Origin: Leucoraja ocellata
Taxonomy: Eukaryota
Direction: 5' to 3'
Assembly (NCBI GenBank): GCA_036785375.1
Contig: JAWMAR010000147.1
Span: forward strand, 5,270,001-5,334,000
DNA length: 64,000 bases
Every line of letters begins with the position of its first letter. Position 1 is the stretch's first letter. Below the pieces are notes generated by a model. That model did no database searches. It was not told the DNA's origin and saw only the letters and a list, made by a program, of their open reading frames with translations. Position numbers and translations under genes: made by a program. Positions 50,120-61,309 of this stretch are shown in pieces.

Positions 50120-50950
50120 TTAGACTTAGTTAATCCCACACTGTTGAGTGCATTGGGCAGCAAGCTTTCGCCATTCTGTTCGGTTATGTACGACGTCTTC
50201 TACCCTCATTAGGCTTCTACATTCTTCCGGAATGTTCGACTCCATGTGAGTTTTGGTCGGCCTCTTTTCCTTCTTCCATCAGGTTGCCATGTCATTGCTA
50301 TCTTAGGTGCACTTTCTGGTGACATTCTGAGTACAAGTCTTGCAAATTTCATCCTGCGTACCTCTATGTCCTGGCTGAGAGGCTTTGTTGCAGTTTTACG
50401 GTAGACCTCCTGGTTTGTGATGTGTTCTCTGTAGCTAGTCTTCAGGATCTTCCTCAAGCAGCGTTGTTGGAATGCATCCAATTTATTTTTCATCTTCACA
50501 TTGATTTTCCATGTTTTCCATGTCTCATAGAGGGCTGTAGGGAGGACTACGGACTGGAAGAGCTTGATATCCTGCCTCTCGACCATATTGACTGCATTTG
50601 TCTGAAGACTGTTGCAGCTTTACCTATTCGGGAGTTGATGTCGACCTCTACTTTGAACATGTTGCCAAGATAGGTAAATCTTGTGGCCTTTTCCACAGGT
50701 TCCCCATTGATTATCAGTTGGTCTATTGGCTGCTGGTCTCCAGTCTGCATGGTCTTAGTCTTCTGGCAGCTGATATTTAATCTAACCTTTGATGCATTCT
50801 CCTCTGGAGTGGTTGTCATCTCTTGAAGGGCGTGTCTCGACTCTGCTAGTAGTGCAATGTCATCAGCAAAATCTAGGTCTGTGAGGCGTCTACCTGTTCT
50901 CCACGGTATTCCAAAGTCAGGTTCGTTCATTGTCTTCCGCATGACATAGC
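50120..50950 (-). mobile_element. RTE-clade LINE 3' fragment
   Basis: LTDLDFADDIALLAES, FQQRCLRKIL, GRRKRGRPKLTW; (CTAAGT)-like tail. Confidence 0.92.
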
Positions 50951-51124
50951 AAGTGATAGCTGGATACAGGTGAGGGGTGGGAGGGGGGGGGGGGGGGAAG
51001 ATGTGGCTTTATCGCCAGCAGAGGACAAAGGTTGGAGACAAAGGCGACAAAAGGGGACGAATCTTGATCGGTTGGCCAGGTGGGCTGAGAAATGGTTAAT
51101 TATACAGATATAATACTTAATAAC

Positions 51125-52020
51125 CCTGTCTACAGCTTATCCCCCACAGTCTTCGCCAACATCTTCAATCTCTCATTTCAACGTTCACTGTCCCCATCTG
51201 CATCAAGGAAACTTCCATTATTAGAGTCCCCAAGAAAAATAAAATGGCCTGTCTGAATGACTATCCATAAGAAGTCCTTTGAAAGACTGGTATTGGCTCA
51301 CATGTGTGGCAGTCTTCCAGACAATCTAGAGCCCATGCATTTGTGTACAGGGATAATATGACTGAGGAGGATGTCATTCCCCTTACACTACATTCAGCTT
51401 TAGATTACTTTAACAATAAGAACACCTATATCAGCATGCTATTTATTGACTACAGCTCAGCCTTCAACACCAAATAAGCTAACCTCTAGGGTACTGGGCC
51501 TTGGCTTTTGGGCCCCCCTTGTAAGTGGTATCTGCACTTCCTGACTGGTAAACTTCAGTCAGTTAGAATTGGCCAAACATTTCCTCCACCCCAACCCTCA
51601 ACACTGATGCCCCTCAAGGTTTTATGTTCAGTCCCTTTTTACTCCCTGTACATCCATGACTATATGACCATGAATTGCGTCAAATCAATCTCTAATTTCA
51701 CAATTATAGTACAGTTGTCAACCTACAACAATGAGATCAGATACAGGAAACATTGTGTTATGTTGTTAGAACGGCAACCTAATCTTTAATGTTCCTTAAT
51801 GACAGCAAAATGGAAGAGTTTGTTGTTGATCTAAGACGTGCTGATGGTATTTGGGGTAGGGGACGGGACTGCAGAGCACAGTTCCTCATCAATGCAGCTG
51901 CTGTAAAGATGATAAATAACTTTAACTTTATTGGCATTCATATCACCAGCAACCTCAGCTATTTACTTTGGCATCTGAGATGTCCATGTGGATTCCCTCG
52001 TTCTTCTACAAATGGTTCGT
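51125..52020 (+). mobile_element. Old Rex1-like LINE remnant
   Basis: ATGCTATTTATTGACTACAGCTCAGCCTTCAACACC ([12 protein letters not shown]) and CCCAAGAAAAATAAA...CTGAATGACTAT. Confidence 0.8.
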
Positions 52021-53199
52021 TTACAGTATACCCTCGTTATAACAGACCATAGCAGAGGAGGTGGTGTCCGTTATTGCCGATGACTGCAGATGATGGTTAA
52101 TAGACAAAAGGACACAAAGTGCTGCAGTAATTTAGCAGGTCAGGATCTCTGCAGAACGTGGATAGATGACATTGGGACCTTTCCTCATACTGATTCAGTC
52201 GGCTGAGTTACTCTAGCACTATGTGTCATTTCAGTTTAAAAATAGGCGCGGTTACTGTGAGGCTCCCTCCCCTCCCACCTGCTGTTATTTCCAAGGTGAA
52301 GTATGCCGAAGGAGGAGGCGACAGCGGTGGTGGGGGTAGTAGGTGGAGGAGGTGGGAAGAGACTGTTGGTGTTCAACGGGTGAGATATGAATACTTTTAC
52401 TTAGCACCACACATTGGCTCATTTGCTTTTACCAGTATAATATAACACTGCAGATTACATGTTGATACACTTAAAATATACTGTAATATTGACTTAAGAA
52501 GAATTTTCACCAGAAACGTCACCCATTCCTTCTCTCCAGAGATGCTGCCTGCCCCGCTGAGTTACTCCAGCATTTTGTGTCTTTCTGTAATACTTACTAT
52601 GGTTTTATATGTTTTTACAACTTACTATTTAGTATTAATTATGGTGGAGAAACAAGGAATAGTAACAAAAAAGTGAAATTATAGTGATTGCATATAAACC
52701 TGGATTATAAATCAAAAAAGTTCCTACAATTTGAAAATGGGTCGCAGCAAACCATCATGTACTGGGTCACTGTACGCTAGCATGATTTCTTTCCCCCACC
52801 CATCCAGAATAGCAAAAATGCAAAATTCGAGTTATGTCAATTGGTAAACAGCAATATCCATGGATTTGATTAAAACAAGTGAGTACATGGCTTTATGCCA
52901 GTTGGCCACTCTCTGAACCGTTACAAATTAATTCTGATGAAAGAATTCAGAAGCTAAAAGAAAAACATTGTTCCAATGAATTGTTTCTAATTATTAAGCC
53001 ATCAGCAGTAACTTTGACAAAGTTACTTTGGCAGCGTTTCTTGTGGAGACACAGCTAATATGTTGATTTTGCTCAAGTGAATTATCAAATCTAACATGAA
53101 CATAACATGTGTATTCCAAGACATCGCGTGTTACGTTTTCCGTTCAGCATGCATTGACTGATTGACAGGAACTAGAAGCTGTTTAGGAATATCTTACGG

Positions 53200-53378
53200 A
53201 GGCTGCTGACAGTCGTGTGCGGAAGTGGCGTCAAAGGACGAGAAGCCGAAGCGAAGAAGTGGAAGCCAAATAACCAAGCGGAAACGAATCCGAAAAGCCA
53301 AATAACCAAAAGCATACGAAGCCGAAAAGCCAACCAACCGAAAGGGCGGGATGCCTAAAAAACAACTAACTGAAAGGG
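53200..53378. repeat. Imperfect short repeat array (GCCGAAA / AGCCAAATAACC)
   Basis: About ten CCGAA(A)-type units with retained CpG in an AT-rich context. Confidence 0.7.
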
Positions 53379-53384
53379 CCTGAG

Positions 53385-53830
53385 CTATGGCTGATGTCGC
53401 TAATTTTATTCTTGTTTCTTAGTCTCATAATGGCTTCTTTGACTTTCATTGGCACAACTTTGGTCCTCACGTTGATAAACAGCAATAAAAGTTTCCAAAG
53501 GTGATGGAATGACTAGAGGAAAGACTAGGTGCTGAGAGCTCTCTTATACCTGCATTAAGGAGGCAATTAAACACAACAGAGCAATTACAAAGACCTGTGA
53601 AGCCATGTGTCTCAAACATTATGGTGCCCTGAAATGGGGGGACGATGTATAAACACAGCTATAATTTCTACATGGTGAAACCAGAATGTATAAAAAATAC
53701 CCTTTAATAAAATCTGACAATGTGCACTTTAACCACATGTGATTTTGTCTGTTACAAATCTCAAATTGTGGAATACAGAGGCAAATAAATAAATGATGGG
53801 TCTTTGGCCCAAACATTATGGAGGGCACTG
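53385..53830 (-). mobile_element. Tc1-like transposon left end with transposase N-terminus
   Basis: TA|CAGTGCCCTCCATAATGTTTG terminus; internal direct repeat CAAACATTATGG near 53613 and 53810; peptide PMKVKEAIMRLRNKNKISDIS. Confidence 0.85.
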
Positions 53831-54679
53831 TACATCCAGTATCTAAATGCATGGTCACCATTGCAGTGATCAATTTGTGGGATGATATGACATAACTGTA
53901 GGGCCAAAAATATATCAGGAGGTTATTTGGCCAGAAGAGACTTAATCAAGAGATATCATGTGGTTAATATATGTAGCAGTTAATATAATGTATTAATTCA
54001 TACATGCATTTTTAAGCATAATGTGGACAATCCAGATGAAAACCAGATGCTTTAAAGACACATAGCATTGGCATTACACCCCCATGTAACTGTGAACACA
54101 TAACTTTTCTTTAATGACTCGCATTACATTAATTACCCTAGTAATTTTAAAACTCTTTGTATTCAAACAGCTGCCTGCAGCTGCTGAGCATAATGATTTC
54201 CAAGATCAGAAGGTTATCCATGTACTACTGGCCATCCCCAATATATCCATGTTATATAAATGTACATTGTATCCCAAATTGTACTTGCCATGCTTGAAAC
54301 AATTAGATATGCTCGCTTATGCCACATTTCCATATACTTGAGAGTATATGGAGCAAAACACCATGGTATTATGTCATGGAGCAAAACACCATGGAAATTG
54401 GGTATTTACCCCACCGCCCACACTGACCATCAACCACCCATTTACACTAATCCTGCATTATTTCAATTTTTTTATCTCCCCAACATTCTCATTTTCATTA
54501 CCTTAACCCCCCCACCCCCCCACCCCACTCACCACCCCCACTCATATTCTACCATTTACCTATACACTTGAGGCATAAACAGCATCCGATTAACATACCA
54601 ATCTGAACATCATTGATATGTGGGAGAAAACCTTGGGTAGATGTATCTTAAAGTGAAATATTTTTTATTCAGTTATCCA

Positions 54680-55027
54680 GAGCACCGTGGGCCAGTTGTC
54701 ATTTCACACCTGCTATTGGAAAGAAGGTATAGGAGTCTGAAAACTATGATATCTAGATTCAGGAACAGCTTCTTCCTAACACCAATCAAGCTATTGAACA
54801 CCACAAACTTCAACTGAACTACGAATTGTCTTGGTTGTACTAGGGGACTTTGGACTTTGTTTTGCTTTGCACTATATTGTTTTTTTCTTGATTGAACTTC
54901 TTATTTTTTGTTTATTTATTATGTTATCTATTAAGTAGTGGGTTACAAAGCTGTGGTGCTGCTGCAAGTAAGAACGTCATTGTCTTGTTTCCGGTACATA
55001 TGACAATTAAACATATTTCTTGACTCT
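54680..55027 (+). mobile_element. Rex1 LINE 3' end
   Basis: GGAAAGAAGGTATAGGAGTCTGAAAAC...AGGAACAGCTTCTTCC; TCTTGACTCTT tail. Confidence 0.85.
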
Positions 55028-55934
55028 TAATTAATAAAGCAATACAAATGCAAGATTATTCTCCAGTTTTGCATTGAATGAACGGAATTGTGAATCAAGA
55101 GCTGAGAGGCTATCAAAATCCACAAGACAATGTCCATTTGGCTATGATGAAGTGAGATAAGAAACTCTGAAATATCTCCTACAGTATCTAAGACCCCAAG
55201 GACAATGAAAAGGGCTCATTTTCACTTTCAGCAGATTACTTTTTTCCTTTCTTTTGGTCAGCAAAGATCACAGATTTCAATCACTCGTGAATGTGAATAC
55301 TCCTTCGTACCTTTCTCCCCCTTATCTTTCATTTGACTCCATCTCTCCCCCTGCCACCTTTCCACCCCTTTGAATATAAATGATCAGTCCACAACAGAGG
55401 CCTCAGCTTCATCATCTGCCATCACATGCCATTTTAATGACACTCCAGCATGATATTGAATTCTGCTTCCACTTCCTTCACTTCCATACTCTTTTATTTG
55501 GCTAGGCCTTCACCCACTACTGCAGATCCTTTCTCGCAACTCTAGACTTCTCCATTCCCCTGGACCCCTGCTCTTACCCTCCCTATACTTACAATATACA
55601 AGGAGGCCCTTTTGGGCTATCGAGTCTGTGCTGACTCAGAGAGGAAACCATTACCTCACTAACTTACCCTATAAACTATTCTCCGTAAATTGTAAACAAC
55701 TCCTCCGATTCTACAACTCATCTACAGATGAGAGTCAGTTTACAATGGCCAATTAACAAACCCACCACCTTCTGGATGTGGGAAATAACTGGAGCATTTG
55801 GTGAGAAACTAATAAGGACACAGAAAATATTTAACTCTGTCCAGATAGCAGTGGGTCAGGATGGAACTCAGGCTGCTGGAGCAATGAGGCAGCAGTTGTA
55901 CCAGCCTGTTTTTGACCCATTGACCCTATTTTCC

Positions 55935-57260
55935 TCCTAACTTGACTGTCCTTTCTCCCCAAATGCAGGCCCTTGCTAATTATATCCAAAACTGCCATCT
56001 GCCAGTTTGACAACTGACAATTCTGTGGTCCCTTCCAGATCATTTTTACCACAGACATACAATCCCTCTACACCTCCATTTTATACCCAGATGTTCTGAG
56101 GGCCCTCTTCTTCTTCTTTGAATATATGTCCAGCTGGTTCCTGCCATCATATTTTGTTTGAAGATAGGCACAAAAAGCTGGACTAACTCAGCAGGACAGG
56201 CAGCATCTCTGGCGAGAAGGAATGGGTGACATTTCGGGTTGAGACCCTTCTATCATATTTTACTCGACTGCCTGAACTCATTCTCAGGTTGAACAACTTG
56301 TCCTTAATTCCACTCATTTATCCAACTTAAAGATGTAGCTATGGGTACTCTCATGGGCTCAAGCTATATCTGCCTGTTTGTAGAATTCATAGAACAACTC
56401 TTATTTCAATCCTTCTTCGGTCCCCTCTCTCGACACTTTATCTTCTACATGATTACTATATTGGTGCTAATTCTGGCCTCATATAGAACTCAACAGTTTC
56501 ATTACATTTACTGCCAACTTCCAGTCTGCTCTTCCCACAAATGCTTCATCTTGCCTTCTCTTGTTGGATCATTCTGTCTTCATCTCAGAGGATGCGTTTG
56601 CAACAAAAGTCTATTACAACCCAGTAGACCCCGACAAAAGTATTTATGATCTTGACTCCCACCTTGCCATCTATATGAATCCCATCACAATCTGCCATTT
56701 TCTTCTGTTCTTTCACATCTTCGCCATTAATGAAACTACCACTTAGGTGCATCTGAGGTGCCTTCCCCGCAATTGGAAGAGCTCTTGATGATATCCCTTG
56801 TACTTCCTGTACCGCTGCTCATTTCTTCCTGTCCTGGATAGAGCATGCATAGAGATGCCCTTGTCCTCATTTTTCACCATAGATATCCAATGTCTCATTC
56901 ATTGCAATTTCAAACAAGATTCCTTCATTAGATACATCTTACTCTCTCCTTCCCTTCAAGTATTCTTAGCCTGTATTTCCCACATGATTATGTGGTCCAT
57001 TCTTTCATCTCTGCCAACCAGTTCCCCTCTCACATTCCCATTCAACCACTACAGCAGCTTTCCTTTTCCCACTTCTCTTCCCACTATCCAAGAATGTAAA
57101 CAGCACTTCCAATTAAGCAGCAATTCATTTACACATGTTCCAATTTAGTGTAATGCTTTCCATGCTCAAAATATGGTCTCCTCCACATTGAAAAAATCAA
57201 ACATTGACAGCTTTGTGGTTTATCTGTATTCATCTGCCGGTGCAACCGTGAGCTTCCTTT
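55935..57260 (+). mobile_element. Old Penelope-like RT remnant with a short pLTR unit nested at 56156-56251
   Basis: VAMGTLMGSSYICLFV; the nested unit is flanked by ATCATATTTT (56146-56155, 56252-56261). Confidence 0.8.
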
Positions 57261-58771
57261 GTGTACTTTTCCTCAATCGCTTGATTATGCTGCAACATTA
57301 GGACTGTCTTTTTTATTTCAAATAGTGAAAACTAAATATGAGGAATTGTCCCTCAGTCGAGAACTATTAGATAATTTATCTGCAAAATTACACTCTCCAT
57401 AAATAATTCAGAGTTCTCTCCCATTAACAAATTAAAGGTTATGCTACTAACCCTTTAGTACCCAATGTTTAAGCAAAATGTATTTAAAACAGATTAAAAT
57501 GAATGAGAAGTTAAAGATACATTTTCTTCAAAGTAATATTGAAGTTTCATATTCAGGTTGTGAAAGCTATATGTAATTATTTAATTCCACATATTTATCA
57601 ACACATGCATCAATATACATTCCAGATGTCTATTATTAAAATATTTTCCCTCTTCATTTTACTTCCATTCTGCATTCATTCAGATAACAATGCAGGATTA
57701 CAGGGAATTGTGTTATGTGCAAAGAAGGGTTACACTAAAAATGTTAATACTAGTTTCTAAACTGTTCCAGATCTCCAAATGTTCCAGATTATTACCATAC
57801 CAAAGATTTTTTTTTCAATTGGTATTAGAAACACAGATATGTATTTAGCAAGATTTAAAAAAGTAAATTTCAAAATAATAATAGTTTATTGGATTTAACA
57901 GAATGGAATTTAGGACTGCAATTTTATTACTTGGCAGTTCAGGTCCTTGAGAGTATTGACAATTTAAGTTTATATTATTTAAGTATAGAGCTAAATAAAA
58001 TATTCATCAACAATAAAAACCTATGGCAAAAATCCAAGGTAATAAAATAACTACATAATTATTTCCAGGATGTTTTCACCTGTCTCGATAATTTTAATAA
58101 ATGTTACCCAAGTAACTCAGATGCTGTCAATAAAAAGTTCTGGATGTAGAAGACAAACAATTACTAAATGTATTTTCAATGCGGGAATATGAACAGCTGC
58201 AAGATATAGAATCCCTTACTTACATGGCCCTGTCAACCTTTTCTGCCACTTAATGGATCACAGATCCCTGTTCATTCTAAGAACTGCTGGAAAGAATGCA
58301 GTTATTAGACTAAACACTGAAATATGAGTAATCAGTTCATAATTTTTAACCAAAGGGAAATAAAAAGATAAAATAAATGTTTGAGGTAAAGGAAGCTTGC
58401 ATCGATCACCTCTAAGCTGTCAGTGTAATGAGTGTTAGGCAACATGCAACAACTGTGATATCATGTGACCTAAGAACTCAACATTTAAAATCAAGGTTAT
58501 GATCTTAACATAAAATATAACTGGTTTGAATATTGTGTACAAAGCACGAAAACTTAGAACATTCTTTAAAAATGTGACAATCACAATAAATATTAAAATC
58601 CACACTCACTCTTCAGCATTTAATTACAATTAGAATAGCACACAGAAATATACTACAGAAATAAGGTAGGGTTGGATGTTTTGTAATCTAAATTAAAGAA
58701 AACTAGCTTTGTAAAAGTTAAAAAGTGATATGTACATGACATTTCTTCCACAATCGAATGAAGAAGCCTTA

Positions 58772-58861
58772 GATAGACACACAATGCTGGAGTAACTCAG
58801 TGGGACAGGCTGCATCTCTGGAGAGAAAGAACGGGTGACATTTCGGATCGAGCCCCTTTTT
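58772..58861 (-). mobile_element. Short Penelope-pLTR-derived unit
   Basis: TSD AGAAGCCTTA at 58762-58771 and 58862-58871. Confidence 0.85.
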
Positions 58862-60009
58862 AGAAGCCTTATGCAGAATAGTCTAAAAATATATAAAATG
58901 TAGAAACTGTCCAGTTTCATTAATGCGGCAAAAGAGATAAACTAACATTATGATCAGACTGCTATCTATTAATGTCCATTATGTTAACCTTTATTTACAT
59001 CTACGTGAAAAGATAAAAAATTCACAAGTATTAACACAGTGATTTTTTTTTCCTCCAGAAAATAAATATATAGTTGGGTAAATGGAACTAAAAAACTTCA
59101 GTCAGAAATACTGGATGTGCACATTAAACTATCCTGAACTGAAATCATAATAGAAAATGTTCATTCACGGAATACAATTAATTGATTCTACAAGTAGAAA
59201 TAGAAGTAATGCAAATCTGTTTTTCTTAAGATAATGTGATGAAGACATATCACTAAATATTTTTTGAAAATCACCCTCCTGCTCAGGCAGTAACTGCAGT
59301 ATTTGCCATTATTTGCTGGTAAATTAGTCAGAAACAAAACAAATGATGCTGCACATTACAAAAGGTTCCATTCATTTCACTGATATAAAAAAAATCTGTC
59401 TACTATTTCAAACTAGTGTCTTCAGAGGTATTAATTGATTTCACGAAACTGTAGCAGAAATTCTTTCATAACATAATCAAAAGGGAACAGCGAGGAAAGC
59501 AGTACAAGTTCTGTCCTTTTATTTATTATATAAAGCCAGCAAAATTGAAATTATTACCCATTTGGAATGATATGAACAATATTAAAAATAATAGATACAT
59601 TATAGACATATAGGAAGGCTCCCGTCAACCGAAATGATCAGGCATAATCACTCAACTGTTTTATGTTTTGCTGCAAAATAACACCAATTGATCCAAGGAC
59701 TTAGATCAATCTTTTCATAGCTCCACCAGCAAAACATCTCCAGATGCTGTTTTATCTGCTTCAGTTAGAACTGCTTCAATATTTTCATTTAATGAGTTAT
59801 TATGTTGAAAAACACGGAGGTTTCAATAGTTTTCCTTGTCTGTTTGAATGACAGAACTACATCACAATGATGGTGTCAATCAGTGGGCTGGGGTCTTACT
59901 ACCAGCACCCTCGGCGGTGCTCTGGATGCTCCGAAGTTGGCTGCAGGAGGCGTCCCAATGCACTAAATCAGAACAATGGCTGTGAGGTGAGGCACATCAC
60001 ATTCCTGGG

Positions 60010-61262
60010 TCATGGAGTCTTACAGTGCAAGCAGGCCCTTCGGCCCGACTTGCCCACACTGGCCAATATGTCCCATCAGCACTAGTAGAAACATGTAGAT
60101 GTTTCTTAAACATTGCAATAGCATTTGCTCAACTACGTCCTCTAGCAGCTCATTCCATACACCCACAACCCTTTTGTGAAAAGGTTAACCCTCAGGTTCC
60201 TATTAAATCTTTCCCCCATCACCTTAAACCTATGTCCTCTGGTTCTTGATTCCCCTATTCTGAGCAAGAGACTCTGCACATCTACCTGATCTATTCCTCT
60301 CATGATTTTGCACACCTCTATATGATCACCCCCTCATCCTCCTGCACTCCAAGTCCTAGCCTGCTCAACCTCTTCCAATAGATTAGTCCCTTGAGTCCTG
60401 GCAAAATCCATGTGAATCTTCTCTGCACGTGAATGCTCTGACTGATGAAGGCCAATGTGCCAAAAGCCTTTTTGACCACCCTATCCATCTGTGATGCTAC
60501 TTTCATAGAACAATATACCTATATCCTGGACCCTCTGTTCCACAACACCCTCCAAAGCCTTACCGATCACTCTGTAGGTTCTACCCATTTTTGAACTCCC
60601 AAAATACAACACCTCACATTTCTCTGTGATCAATCATTCCATCAATCATTCCTCAGCCCATGTGCCCAAACGATCAAGATCCTGCTGCAATTTTTGACAA
60701 CCATCTTCACTATCAGCAATACCACCCACTTATGTATTATCTGCAAACTTGCTAACCATGTCATGCACATACTCATCCAAATCATTGATATAGATGACAA
60801 ACAGCAATTGGCCCAGCACCAAACCCAGCATCCAGTCCGAAAAGCAACCTTCCACCTTCTACCCCTGCGGGCTGCTTCCTTCCATGAAACCAATTTTCTA
60901 TCTATTCAGCTATAATTCCTTGATTCCCATGGGATCTAACCTTCCAGAGCAGCCTACCATGTGGAACCATGTCAAATGCCTTACTGAAATCCATCAATAT
61001 AAGGTCTAGGGCTCTGCTTTCATCGACCTTTTTGGTCACATCCTCAAAAACCCCTAAGATAGACACAAAAAGATAGAGTAACTCAGCGGGAAAGTCAGCA
61101 TCTCTGGAGAGAAGGAATGGGTGACATTTCTTGTCGAGACCCTTCTTCAGACTAGACCTCCCACGTACAAAACCATGTTCATCAACCTTAATCAGCCCTT
61201 GTCCGTCTAAATACACGTATAAACTATCCCTCAGAATACTCTCTAGTAAAGTTCCAACCACA
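60010..61262 (-). mobile_element. CR1-like LINE fragment with a pLTR unit at about 61056-61153
   Basis: MDFSKAFDMVPHGRLLWK, VVKKAFGTLAFI. Confidence 0.88.
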
Positions 61263-61309
61263 GAATCACTACCCTGTAGTTCCCAGCCTATTCCCTACAG
61301 CGCTATGAC

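Noticed and set aside
58224-58276. Candidate exon before a gtaagt donor on the minus strand
   Set aside because: Stops in all three frames.
59700-59800. Minus-strand peptide ENIEAVLTEADKTASGD, loosely like RMDN3 LLQQADELHRGD
   Set aside because: An in-frame stop follows within a few codons, there are no splice sites, and the similarity is weak.
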